Source: Nymphaea colorata (lineage: Eukaryota). Taken from it: a stretch of DNA of 64,000 nt. The notes under the pieces are model-generated. The model was given only the letters and a program-made list of their open reading frames with translations, did no database searches and had not been told where the DNA came from. Both the position numbers and the translations under genes were made by a program. Location of the stretch: contig NC_045138.2 in assembly GCF_008831285.2 (NCBI RefSeq), positions 31,124,001 to 31,188,000 of the forward strand, written 5' to 3'. Shown here piece by piece: positions 14,701 through 28,161 of the stretch. Numbering within the stretch: the first letter of the stretch is position 1; every line of letters starts with the position of its first letter.

Positions 14701-16768
14701 GATATGAAGATTGATCCACCTAGTTGTTGTGATATTCTGCACAAACCAACACATCGTACCTAATTGACTAATTCAGGAGAAATACCAAAATCTGTAGTGT
14801 ATTTTGGATATCTCCTTTAATACCACAAATTTCGAGAACATAGCTTGACGCCTTGACCAGAGGGAAAGTTGCTTTTTTCAACATTTTCACATGTTGATTT
14901 ATGAAGTATTCGCCATGCAGCTTGTAAATTCTAGTTTTGATTCCAGAATCATGCTGGCTTCAATTTCTGTGTAGCTTCCGACATTCAGTTCCCAGAGTAA
15001 TAACAGAGGACCAACTAGTTTCAGGCTTAGCACTTGGAATCCTGCTTGTCTGTAGTTTTTGTAGCCTGTTTGTCAATGCCAACTTGGATACATCTCCTTC
15101 AGTAAGTCTAGTAGCTGGTTAACTGGGTTAACTCGATAGTTGGCAGAAATGTTTCATTCAGAATAAGGTTTTTGTCCAGAACATAGCAAATTCAAGGTTT
15201 TTTTTTTTAAAAAAAAAAAGCAGAACTCAAATTTTTGACCTGAACATCTTCAAGATCCAAATAAATTTCTTCGATACCAGCGCTCTGAACACCTGGCTAG
15301 GACCGGTAGGTAGATCAGATTGAAGGAGGTGTAAACTTCAATCCTCGAGATATGCATCCTTGGACATAAGTCCTCAGTAATAAGGATCAAGTCTTTCCTG
15401 GTGGTCAAAAAAAGAAGTATCCGAGAGTTCTACAACGAAGGACAAAAGAGAAAACCTGGGTTGGTAAGCAAGGAGTTCCTGAATCATGCAGCATAAAATG
15501 TGGTGCTTTTGTTACTTTAAACCAGTTTTCCACTAGCTTTTATTGTGCAATAGCCAATGGAGCAACTAAAATCTACATTTAGTGCAACCTATGACTTGCA
15601 ACGGCTGAAGAGCAGAAAAGAAATGAAAAACCACTACTGCCTGTCCAACTGAAGAAAAGGAAAAGAAATCAGTAGATGACGAAAAAAAGAAAGAAATAAT
15701 ATATGTCTCACTGAAGAGAAGGAAAAAGAAATGAAGAGATGTCCTAAACCTGAACTGTAGGAGCATGATGTAATACAGCAAATTTCCTGCATATCTATCA
15801 TGTCTGATGCTCTATTCACTAGAGCTGTCGTTTCTTTAGCCCTCAGTTCACACATGAAAACAAAGGGGTTCACATGTTAACTACTGTTGCAAGAAATTAC
15901 GTATGACAACAATGGTGAAGGTAAGATCTCTTGATTCACTTCTCCCTTAACGGTAAAAGCCATATTAACAAGTTCAAATGGAAATTGGTCCTTGCAGCCT
16001 TTTCTCAGTTAAGTGCTGCACACACTGGGTGTCCCACAGAAATGAGGCAACGAAATGCCAATCAATTTCTAGATGTAGGCCATCGTGGAACATGTCTGCA
16101 CATCTGTCTCTTTGCATTGTTCAGGTTGGACAAGAAGATCATAAGTAATCGTTGCAATATCTGCTTGAATTGAAGGTCCAAAAATTCTGTGGTTGCAACA
16201 TTGCAGTTGATTTGGTCCCCACTAGGTGCACATGTAATGGGTTAAACCTACCAAAATTTCCATCTTTGTCTGTTTCTAGATTCATGTAGAGATCGAAGTT
16301 GGCATACAATTTATTCAACCAGCACCATAATTGGCATCCAGGATGGTTTTCTTTTCGGAATATGGACATCCTAATAATACACCAAAGTTTTTTATGCATG
16401 CCGAACTTTTTGCTAACTAATAATAACCAATAATCGACACTAGCCCAACTTGAGTCTTGAGCTAACGAGTTAGAATATCCAAAATACTCCAAAAATCGGC
16501 GTTTCTCTTATCCATTGCTTTACGGCGTGTTTAACTACAGTACAGGTTTGGAAGGTGCTTTTTATATTGTATACACGTATCTTTGAATGTTTTCTCAAAA
16601 TTTAGGTGCATTTTCTGTTATCGACAAAACTTAAAGGTGCATTCACGTGAATCTCCTTTTAGCTAGATTTAGTAACATCAATAGGGATATCACCTGAGGA
16701 ATGTGTTCCTTGGTGTTCTTCTTTAATTCTTCCCTGCTGTAGTCATAGAACCAAGGCTCTTTCTTTGG

Positions 16769-17075
16769 TGGATGACACCCTCATAAGAAACTGTTTTGAA
16801 AAAATTGGTTTTGTGAAAAAATGGTTTTTTTTTCATTTTTTAAAAATTGGTCTGTGTGTATGGATCGCACACCTAAAACTTTTTTTCTTTTGTATATAAC
16901 ATGCGGGGAACAGGGTTATTCAATCCCTTTTGAAAACCAGGTTTTGTCAAAAAGCTCAAAAGTTTTTTGAGAAAAAATGCTTTTGGTGTCCTCCAAACGT
17001 TCCGAAAAAAAGCCGTTTTGGAGGCCAAAAGTTGGTTTGCCTTCAAAAATATGTTTTAGAGTGTCATCCAAGCAC
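16769..17075. mobile_element. MITE-like element (possibly Tourist/PIF-Harbinger type)
   Basis: Inverted termini TGGATGACAC ... GTGTCATCCA, AT-rich non-coding interior of ~300 bp, right end followed by TAA. Confidence 0.55.
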
Positions 17076-19589
17076 TAAAAGTTTTTCTAAATATTAGTAT
17101 GTAAACACAGAACACAAATGTAATGCCTCTCATGGCCAGAAGCGTGCAGCAGAGCTCCTTGAGGGTCAAATTAGAACTTGGGCTCTTGCCTTCCACTAAT
17201 GAGTAATGACCCATCTCTTCAGATCCCACCTAAATGTTTCTGGTCTATCCAAAGATTCAAAACCTTATTATGATGTGTCAGATCTGTAGAGCAAAATGCA
17301 GGTCAGTATATCTTGTGCTAATTACGATGCACTCTGCTAGTACTTTTTTCTGTCGCTCGATATTTTACTGGGACTCTGCTGTGCTGCAGTAAAGCGGAAG
17401 AAAGAGACGGATGGAGTTTCTCTCAGTTTTGGCGGCCTGCAGGACATGGCGGCATCAACTTGGAGCTTATCATCAATTTAATACACCAAGCAGTAGTTTT
17501 TATGTATGATTGATGGAGAGAAGGATAGAGGCGTAGGGATTCGAGGGATTGAGTAATGACCCATTAATTTACCATTGAAGGTGCTTTTGGTTACCGTTTG
17601 CTCACGTAGATGACCAGCGTCTGACCACCACCCACGAGGAGGTCCCTCATGCTTTAAAAGTTGCTGAAGCCTCCTTAATCATTACGTGGGAGCAGAGTGA
17701 GCAATCCTCTGCTTGCCTCTTCTTTCTCAACCAGCCATGGAACTGATGACCGGACTTTAACTGGCTGCCAGTCCGACCAGCTAAGCTACGACCGAACTAT
17801 CCACTTAACATCTTTTAGCCATCAAACTGTGCTGGTTGGATTATCAGATTGCCCCATTGTTAACCTCATGTGTTCTGTCTTTATTGATAAGGCTAAACCT
17901 AGTCCTGCAAAGTTTGATACATCCATGTCCTGCCTTTTTGAGATTGAAAAATCCATATGCGACATTTGCTCTGTTAGACAAATTCGTCTTTCTGCTATCT
18001 TAACCATGATTAGCAGCTTACCATGGCCATGGAGTTACCACAATGAGTTCACGTCATTCAGTCAGTTACTCTGTTCTTTCATTGAAAGAATCTTAGTTTA
18101 CAAATTTATTCTTAAGGGCTAACTATTTGAAACCTACAGGTAAAAGGCAGGAACCGTTTTGCCAGTAGAAATTAAGCATGAATGGATTTGTCAATAGCAT
18201 ATATGCATGGATAGAATTTGAAAACGAAACTAACATGTAACTTCTGTTTTGGGCAGGAGCGTAGTTCTTAATTATATAATCCCAATCTTGTTCTGGAGTT
18301 TGTCCAGACCCAAATTGTGGCAAGCCTTTTTCATTTCCAATCTTCCATGCTCCTTCGCACCTCATATGACAAACTAAATCAGGATTCGGCCAGATATTTT
18401 ATTCTCAATTTCCCTCGTTCTTCATTATATCCGAGGCGATCAGAAATTCCAGTGGATTTGAAAACCCTGGATTTCAGACCCATGCACCTGAAATCCACTG
18501 GTTAAGCAGTGGATCTCTCTCAACAAGGATCTTAGATCAGTTTCTTATCTTAGACCCGAGACTATCAAACACCCCCTTTATTACATCGAGTTTCACAAGA
18601 CCTGTATTAATACCCCCTTCAGCAACCAGATCTTATATGGCACAGTCCCTCCGTTAAAATTTCATCTCTACCATTTATCCAGAAGCTCAACCAAGAATAG
18701 AATCGATGAAGAATCTTCCTATGCATGGGAATATTTGGAAAGTAAATAAAGGGTAACCAGATGACCATTGCAGACTCCTAACAAATGCTTATCTTCTCTA
18801 CATATTTCACAGTGTTTGACAGCCTATAATTGGATTTACGCCTATTCAGTGTCCATCAAGAAGGCACTGGGTTGTTTTTCAATAATATGCTACGCTTAAG
18901 AACCAGACCACTTGATAGGCATTTACTTCGTGAAAAAAAACGGTGGGGCGATCCCCAAAATATAAACAAGCACAACCCCATGGAAAGGTGAGACCAGCTG
19001 CAGATTCAAGCTCCCTTACGTTTCCATCTTAACTACTATCTTAGAAATGAGAATCCTGACTAGCTTTTTTTGACCCTTGAATCTTCCGGTGAATTTGACC
19101 CTTGAATCTTAGTTAGCTCTTCAGAGATAGCAAAAACATAGTTTCTATCCGAGGGATCACAGTGTCTAATTCATGCAAAAACTACATGTATATGGTTTAT
19201 CAACTTCTTAGAATCTGAAGGAAAGCTTCAACTATCATACATCGAAAAAGGTTGAATATCATAGAAGCTGAGCTCCGAATATTATAAATAGATGGCAGAA
19301 GTTATGAACTTTAATAGTGGCACAAAAAGACTTTATCAAATGGACTCGAAATTCGTTTGACAAAATTGCTTTATGCCACTGTTTTCGAGATGGTTCAAGT
19401 CTTCAAGACAATAAGAACAATATAAACTGCAAACCTGCCTTTTATTGATCTATTACAACATTTTATTTCATGTTAAGGGGAAAAAAATCTCCTAAATTAA
19501 TCATTTGTAAGCATACTTTGTGTATTTATTTAGTAAAATTTCAAGTTAAACCAAAATGTGTGAGCACTTAAATCTTCAGCTCTTGACTT

Positions 19590-19592
<3 letters not shown>

Positions 19593-19627
<35 letters not shown>

Positions 19628-19643
19628 GTGTGTGTGCGTGTGT
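19593..19643. repeat. (CT)n(GT)n compound microsatellite downstream of the TIFY gene
   Basis: Direct CT run followed by a GT run. Confidence 0.9.
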
Positions 19644-19959
19644 AAGCATGCCCCTGACTAAAGCAATGTGAAGCAGGATTATGATCACAAAAGAATTCCT
19701 TCATGAACCAAAAGAAAATCACATGAAGAAAGTGGATTAAATAAGACTCTAGATGCAGATCACTTGGAAGCCAAGGATCTGGGTGTGATTGAATCATTGC
19801 ATGAAAAGAACTAAGAAAGCACGTAACTGATGGTGACAGTGGGTTCTGTCTCATCTCGCTTGCTGACTTGTTCAACTATTCTACACCATTCACAAAATTC
19901 ATGTTACATCTGACCTAATGACATACAAAATCAGATTTTACTTTACAATGTATATCTTC

Positions 19960-22900
19960 TTACACTTCCTTTTTGTCCTGATTTGCAGGAGTGTCTGCTT
20001 GCACCATTGCGAGCTTCGCATCTTTGTCAGAAGCAACATCTTGAATCCCTAAGTTGCAACAAGTAAAATGAGAAAATGATAAGAGTAGAGGAGAAATGTC
20101 CAAGTAGTCATAATATTTGGTTAACTAGAAGATTATACCAGGTACAGCACTAGGAGCTGACAAAGATGAACCCTGGCCACCGTGGCTATAGCCACGGGTA
20201 ACAGTGCTGGCCATAGAGGGCAGCCTCCCTTGAAGATCATGAGAAAGTGTCCTTCTACCACTTGTTTCACTATCACTGCCCATTTTACAAGCTTCACTTA
20301 AGGACACAGGCCTGCTACTTTTGGAAGAATATGTTGTAGACCACGATCGCCCATTAGATCCAGCTAAAGCCATGATAGCATCAGCCTAAAAGTGATCACA
20401 TTAATTATTTTGTTAAGAACCTGAAAAGGCAGAAATCAAGCCAACAATGATAGAACTCCGACCACACATACAAGGAGTTGTTACCAGCTTATTTTTTAGT
20501 CTGTAACTGAGAAAACTGCATTCAGGAAAAAAAGCTTTGTCGCTTGCCAGGTGGTGCAAAACCTCAAGGCAAGCACCTCTACCCCCATGTCCGACACTTG
20601 CTTTAGCTTATGCAGGGCGCTGACACCCAGAGAAATTGAACTAGCAACTGGCCTTTTACCAGTCGCTGGTCCAACCAGCTATGTCAAATCAAACCCCTAG
20701 GGCCACTGGTTGTTTTAACACTTTACTATCCTGGCATGCACCATATCTACGAATGTGGACCGTGCCACTTTTTCTTCCCATTTCTACAAGAAAAACCACT
20801 CACAGGACATGAGACCTAGTCACACTCTTCCTATGTCACCTGGGTGTGGGGTGCAGGTGCGGGGTGCGACAAGTTCCAAAAAAAAATTGGGTGCGGGTGC
20901 GGTGAGAGCACATATATATATGTTATTTGTTATATAAGTAATTTTATTTGTCTATATTTTTAAACTTTTTTTATCATAATCTCATACAAAATTCAAAGTT
21001 TTATTAAATAAAATAAAGGAGAGAGAGAGAAGAGGGAAAGATAGGAGAAGGAAAAAAAAGAAAAAAAAGAAAAACAAGAGGAAAGAAGAACGGGTGCGGT
21101 CAGCAGCACCCAATTCGGTTTGACCGAGTCGGGCGCCGTGTCGCGATGCACCCACACCTATGTGACTTAGCACTTCTCACAGCGTGAAACCACATGGCTA
21201 GACCTACTTAGGCTTGTGAAAACTGTCGAGCCAGTGAAATTTTTACTTTGACTGCTTTCCTGAAAGTCAAAGCCCAATCTGCTGCACCAACACCCTTGAT
21301 GTTTGACCACATCAGTTGTTTACTAATATGTTTTGGATCCTGGAATTGAGACTCGTAAATTAGCCTGAAATTTTGAAAACAACAGCCCCAAAGTAATGTG
21401 AAGAGAAAACAAGAAACTTGTATCAAAATAACAATTGAAAGTGTGCTTCCTGCTAAATTACATAGTGTCAACAACATTTATGGATTAGAACAAGAAAATA
21501 GTAATCATAACACTCATTTTCCTAACTAAATTTGTATTGGTGATGTGGCCAAAAACTAAAGTGTACACGTACCACCACTTAAGATGAATATAGAGGCCAA
21601 TATTTCAGTTCGTATGTATAAAAACTAATGTTCACGGAAGAAAATAACCAACAAAAAGACCCAAAATGCATCGTCCAGACCTAATTATTCCAGTATCCTT
21701 TTCAAAAGTTGATTACCAAGTTAGATACGCCACCATTTTGGATGCCCATCAATCTAGTTTTCTTTACAGATCGGAGGAAGTGCCAGATTATACTTATGAT
21801 ACTGATACCTTTAAAATCCACCTTTTCAAATGTCCTATGCAAATGGAAGTGATAACGGATAACAAGCAAGAGCTAGAAAGATGAAATAAACTTCATCCAG
21901 TCTTCTTGGATAAGCAACATCACGTTGGTAGAGAGAAACTGATGTTTCAAGTTCTCACATGTTAGCAAATTGTTGGCCATTGAGTGGTTGCCAATCACTT
22001 TAGTACTTCAGTGTCAGCCACCAAAGCTATAAGAGATCAACCTCCTACACTTCAGCACTCTTTTTTCTGCCTTCAAGGTTTTCACCAACTCGTGGAACTA
22101 TGAATATGAGCAAGAAAGTGTGACAAGAGAGAGAGAGAGAGAGAGAGAGAGCTCAATTACATGGGGGAGGCATTCATAATTCAAAAATATAACCTGCACA
22201 TAACTGTATTCCTTGCAAAATTAGGCCTGTGCTAGATAAGGTGCAAACTGCAAAGCCTACAAAATTAGGCCTGTGCTTTGGTAGTTGGTGTTTTCTGTGA
22301 GCATTTACATCAAACTTGTCCACAACTGCAATTTCGTTGGGTTCTCCCAGGATTCTCTAAAGTTAAAATTCAAAAACCATTGCATAATCTAGTGAACATC
22401 TACTATGTGATAAGGTCTTAAAGATATTTGGAAATTAAGACCAAAAAAATCCTAAAATTGGTTAGCTAGATTAGCATTTCTTTTGCTAGTATCACCTTTC
22501 AATAAACCCTTTGGAAAAAGATAACCTGTGATACTAACCTGAACATGTCTCTCTAGAATTTTATTTCAGTCATTAGAGATGAAAATTGAGCTGACCATAT
22601 GCTAAAGTACAATTCAATAGCTGGCATCGAGATACCATAACCAATATATGTGGGTGTATCGATCTACTATGTTATACGGAAATTGAAAATGACCAGGTTA
22701 AATCATTTACTTTTTAGTATTACTAGAGACTGCACAGAATACAGTAGGTCATGTGTCACCTTTGCTTCCTTAAAAATCACAATATGGCATGCCAAATATG
22801 CTAGGCAGGAGGATAAGCAACACCCCTTGTCTAAGACCTTTTTTCTCATAAGCAACTACTAGACAGGCTCTTAAACCATTTTCCGCATAGTGTTTGCTGA

Positions 22901-25449
22901 TCATCTTAACTAAAACTGCAAGGTATAAACCTGTGCAATCAGCATCCCCTGCGCATTAGAAGTGTCCACCTTTTTTGACTAATGCAAACTCAGATGGTAC
23001 AAAGAATGTCCTCATTACTGGTAGAAAAGCATCCCATTGAAGGAACTGAACATTTTCTCAAACCCGTTCATCAATAAGAATGTATATATGGAGCAATGCT
23101 TCTTGTGGTCCGTATCCAGCATTATATTAATTTCAATGTCTTGACTGTAGGATATGAACCAAAATTTTAGAGAGATGAAAAACAGTAAAAAATAGAAACA
23201 AACAGAGTTACATTAAAGCTTTTAGGTGGCCTGTTAAAAAAAATATGTGACAGTTAACATTTAGGTTCAGATGCAACATCTTTTGTCCAGCATCCATTGC
23301 AATTTCTATCTAAGGAAAGTAGGATAGGATCCCTAAAAATGAAGTATCCCTCTCATATATGTTTTTGAACAAAAAGTAAGTACTTTTGATCCTCCAAAAT
23401 TTGATTCATTATTTAGCCGTTGATTTTGGACGTCCAAAAAGTCCTGCTGGTCCATAAACATTGGATCCTGGTAACTCAATCTCCACAAAGACCAACCCTA
23501 TAGACAATATCTGTAGTGCTGGATATAGAAAAAAAAATATTGAGAAGGAAAACTATAATGCAAACTAGTTTTAAAACCTTTGTTCACAGCAAGGGCAAAT
23601 AAACTTTTCCATGTCCACACCTCTTCTTATTTGACATAGCATAAGATCCACCTTCTATAGAGTGCATGATAAAAAACCAAGGGTATGAACAAGATTGAGG
23701 CCACGTACAGAGGTATCCATTTCATACTTGCAGAATTGAATTTGCTACCCAGTGTCTATTGGTCACATTGTGATGCATCCTTTAGCACAAATGTGATCCA
23801 AGAGATTGAATTTGATATCGACAATTTATTGGTCATACATCAAATTAGAAACTTAAAAGTCATAAAATAGTCAAAAATTTACAATTTCAGTGGCGCAGAG
23901 GTTTTATGTTAGAAGATTGCAGGATACTTCAATCTTTCTAATTACCAGATTATATTTCTTTCCACACAAACCTACATATTTGTGTTCCAATCCTCAAGAC
24001 TGGGTTGTTCTTCATATCTTAGTGCATGCATCCCCCTTTTTTGGAGTGTCATGAACTGTTCTGCTTGGTCGTTTGTTTGGTGACGCGCTATCATTTTCCA
24101 ACATGTATTGCATACCTTTCTATCAACTTTTTTGGTGACTTGTAGCATTCATTCATTTCTTACTCTAAGTTATGAACTGTTCTGCTTGGTGATTTGCTAC
24201 CATTTTCCAACATGTATCACATACCTCTATCAATATATTTTTTTTGTGACTTGCAGCATTCATTCATTTCATGCTCTAATGCCTTCCTTTGCTTACATAA
24301 TTTTTCATGTGGGCATTCAATATTCCTCTCTAACTGACCTACCTTCTCATGTGTGGTACCACTGTCAATTCTTTTACAGAAAAAACATCTCATCCATTTT
24401 ACGTATCTACTTAGTACAAGAAAGAATATAGTGGACTTTTCAGATGTTTAAACATTAAACAAATTTATGATATGCTTGCTTGCATAAAGATATCTAAAAT
24501 AAAGAATTCTAATGGCAGTAAAATAATTGCTCAAGGAAAAAAGTGAAGCAGTTAAAAAGAAAATAAAAGAGTGAAAAGATAAAGCATAACTGAACAGCTA
24601 GAGCACAAGCTTGAATCTCGACAGGCAACAACATGGTCTTCCCAAGAAGGTCCTGTGAACAGGTCCACCCCAGCTACATTGAAGTTAAGAGGCCAAATTT
24701 TGAAACTCAAATAGTAAAAACACTTTCCAGGGATCCTGTTAAAGAAATATTCTAAAGGCTAGCACCTTCTGAAGAATTATGGACTATGACCTTGAGACAA
24801 AAAGCATCTGTGTAAGCCCTATAAAGGTTCTAAGTCTTAGGCATGTACTGAAGATATTCAAGATCCAGGTTAGCAAGTTAAAACGAAGAAAAGAAAAAAG
24901 TTCAAGATTAGAATCTTTAGAAAAAGTAATGGCTTTGGTTCTATGTAAGCAGTTACAGATTCTTGTTTCTTCCATTGTTTAAAAACTCATCCAAGTGAGT
25001 AAATTGGGTTCACTCAGGCTGACCTGGTGACTTGGACCTCAACCTAGTCGAGAAAAGGAAAACCAGGAAATGGAAGAACGCCAAGTCATAGAATGATTAC
25101 GTTGAGTACTCGAGTTTTTTCTGAGTCAAATGGCTTAATCAAATTATTTGTTTACATGATAATGTGTGTATACACAAGAAACTAGGTAAATGACTACATA
25201 TATATAGGCACGCACGCACACACACACTCACACTACAAAATTTTCACTATAGTAGGGTGGGAATGAAAGGAATGCACCAGCTTCTGCCGATCCTCTCACA
25301 ATAGACCCAGATGCAGACACATACACATATACTGATAACATAAGTATAGTAAATATATTACCAAATTTTGCATTTATATGTGCATATGCATTATTATATG
25401 TAATATATCAAGGTTACAGTAAATTAAGAAATTATACATATATACATAT

Positions 25450-25498
<49 letters not shown>

Positions 25499-28161
25499 CA
25501 GATATACTTTCTGTGAGAAAATAAGTTGTCAAAGCCAGGACGAGCCACTGAGTTGACCAAGTGAATCACAAGCCAATTCACTCCTAATGGAATCTTGAAC
25601 CACTGGATTTTAAAACTTTGGTTTCTTTTCCTTATTGACAGAAATCGTCAAATAATCGAAGAAAAAATTTGTAGAGGTATAAAACATCTTTGAGCATCTT
25701 CAGATACCAGTCATCAGCTCGTCAGAGAGCCACTGACATGTTGCCTACAGTTTCACATAAAGTAACTAGCAGTTGCGAACAAAAGTAGTGATTTCTGTCT
25801 AGGCCCTATTAACCAGGTGATGATGGACTTTAAATTGGCCAACATATCAAATATGCTTACTATATTGAATCCTGATGTTTCAAGTTAATTCAACAACTTA
25901 CCCTAATTTCACAAAAGCTGCTGCATCTTGTTTCATATGGGTATCCCTTTCATATGGGTAATCCCTTCATATGGGTATCCCTTCATTTAGCATCATAATA
26001 GCCTATTATAATTCAGGGAAATAATGCCATGAGCAAAATTTCATGCAATAAACTTAGTTCAGCATGGAAAACTTACAGAATAAAAAGACACTAGAAACGG
26101 AATATCCACATAAAGATTATGACACATAATGCTGGAAAGAAATGTAGAAGCAGTGGCTGAGCCAGAGAAATTTTCTGGAGAGACACTGCTTCACAGGTTT
26201 TCATACTTGAAGGGGAACTTACATGTACAACAAAGTAAATATTAAACAATCTTAATGTAAAAATGAAAGAAAATTGAAAAGCTGGTGTGGGCAACTGCCC
26301 ACACCAGCCTATATGTGGCTCCGCCACTGTGTAGAAGCGTTAATGGGACAACCAATAGCACAAAGAACATATAGAACTGGCAGCAAGATACCTTTTTTGG
26401 ATGAACATCATCAAATACATGTGCTTGTCCAGCATAAAATATGGTCATTTGGCGATTAACTGATGATAGAACCTTGTGACTGTGACAATAAGAAACAGAA
26501 ATCAGATGGAAAGTTTCCTTGGCCAACTCCTTCATTTTTTTCCACAGACCATAAAAATTACAAGCTTCAGACAAATCTTCAAAAGTTTTAAGTTCCACTA
26601 ACACATACCTCGATGGACCAACATATTCAAGCTCAGTAGTTTGAGGTCCAAGCTTTTGTCTACTGCAGCTTGGTGTCATGCCTGTTGGAATCCGATCAGC
26701 TGCTCCACTAGCTGAGGTGACAATATTTGCAATCCCGGAACCCTTCATTCCAGTTCTTGAACCTTCATCTGCAGCAGGCTGTGTAACAAGTGAAGGACCT
26801 CCGCTGCTGTCCCCATAAACACTTGAGGAAATCTTATCAGCAAATGACCCATACTGGGTGTACTGACTAAGGCGAGGATGGAAGTTTGCTGCAGGCATTG
26901 CATTGGCCGGCATGATTCTATCCAAGTTTGACGCAACAAAGTCTCTCACATTCATTGGTGGCTGAGAAAGAGAAGAACCACCAGAAACAGTTTTTGGTGG
27001 TTGCATAGAAAGGAGAACTTCTTCATGATGTTGCCTAACTAATCTGTCGTTTCTTGCATCATTGTGGGCGATCTGTTAAACAACATGAGCGTTACCACAA
27101 AAATAAATTATCAGTTTCATTCAAGCTCACAACGGTTTCCAAACCTAAACAAGGAAGCCGCTGAGTTGATGTTTATGCCCTGTAAAACCACGAACCGTTC
27201 CCAAACATCTCTAAAGCTCTATAATAGTTAACGATGACATACAGAAATGGAAGAAGCCAGAAAAGGATGAAAGGCCGGCCAAGTTAAATTGACCGTGTTT
27301 TAGTCAGCTCTACCTTCATAAAATGCGCCCCTTCTAATGAATCTGCTCCGATTGGTAACTTTCTGCCGCCCACTGATCCGATGAAGCCCGAGTCCGAATT
27401 GCTCCTCTTCCTTCCGGAATATCGGTCGAGCATTGAAGAGCTACTCATTTGTCCTTGTAACTGAACTCCAATGTTACTTACACCTTGCCTCTCTGCTAAG
27501 AATAGAGAACCAAAGAGAGGAACAGTAATCAGATACCATCAATAAAAAGGTAAATGACAATAGACACTTCCGATAGGCATGTACAATTGAGAGCCACAAG
27601 TATGAGCTAGAAGAGGCCTACATAATTCTCTGTGCATGACAAATACAAAAGGCCCCAATCATGAAAAACAGAGCGATAACAAACAAAAATACGGATACCA
27701 CGCTCTCAACCCAAAAACTAAAGGGAAATTTTTTAGGTACCCATCAGAAAATAACACTTAAAACAGAAAATTTGAGGTTAAGAGAAAACCAATTCTCACG
27801 CACCAACAATCTCTCTAGAACGAAAGGGTCCAAAGGGGGCATGAAAACCAATTTGCCCAGCACCAATGAAAAACTTGAACTCAAAGAAACAAAAAGATCA
27901 GAAGAAGAGGCAGGAAAAGGTGGTACCGGGAGAAAAGCCGGAGGGAGGGCAAGCAAGAGGATGGCTAGAAGATGCTCCAACTGACGAGGCCTCCGGCGGA
28001 TCCCCAACAATGTTCTTACTTGTGGCCCGCAGCGCTGCCGAGGAGTCTGTACAGCTCATGCCAAGGAAGTCGTGGAAAACCGGCTGCTGCTGTTGTTGCT
28101 GTTGCTGCTGCTGCTGCTGCCCGTCGCTCGCCATTATCACACTGCTCGCCATCGGCCACAC
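19960..28161 (-). CDS. TIFY8: TIFY8-like ZIM/TIFY domain protein, 6 exons, ~433 aa
   Basis: Exons 28161-27927, 27492-27314, 27072-26609, 26479-26392, 20385-20139, 20048-19960; all GT-AG, phases consistent, 1302 nt total. TIFY8 hallmark motifs PVFHDFLG, SGRKRSNSDS, AADEGSRTGMKG, QMTIFYAGQAHVFDDVHPKKADAIMALAGSNGRSWST. No Jas motif seen, as expected for TIFY8. The start could be a downstream ATG (28152 or 28134). Confidence 0.93.
20831..21170. mobile_element. hAT-like MITE in TIFY8 intron 4
   Basis: Imperfect TIRs CTATGTCACCTGGGTGTGGG / CCCACACCTATGTGACTTAG, GGTGCGG subterminal repeats, flanks CACTCTTC / CACTTCTC (6/8 match, putative TSD). Confidence 0.65.
24050..24280. repeat. Imperfect tandem duplication (~120-bp unit) in TIFY8 intron 4
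   Basis: ATGAACTGTTCTGCTTGGT...CATTTTCCAACATGTAT...GTGACTTG.AGCATTCATTCATTTC occurs twice. Confidence 0.8.
24973..25620. mobile_element. hAT-like non-autonomous element in TIFY8 intron 4
   Basis: Termini CATTGTTTAAAAA / TTTTAAAACTTTG, 8-bp flanks GTTTCTTC / GTTTCTTT (7/8), GAGTC/ACTCG-type subterminal motifs, internal (AT)n. Confidence 0.7.
26151..26329. mobile_element. hAT-family MITE with a perfect 8-bp TSD
   Basis: TIRs CAGTGGCTGAGCCA / TGGCTCCGCCACTG; TGTAGAAG on both sides; internal perfect hairpin at 26281-26308. Confidence 0.85.
28084..28119 (-). repeat. CAG/CAA poly-glutamine repeat (Q12) in TIFY8 exon 1
   Basis: 12 consecutive CAG/CAA codons on the minus strand. Confidence 0.95.

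Noticed and set aside
17697..18122. Possible hAT dimerisation-domain remnant (W*LHG...KIA.R...SKR) on the minus strand
   Set aside because: Similarity too weak to support without a profile search.
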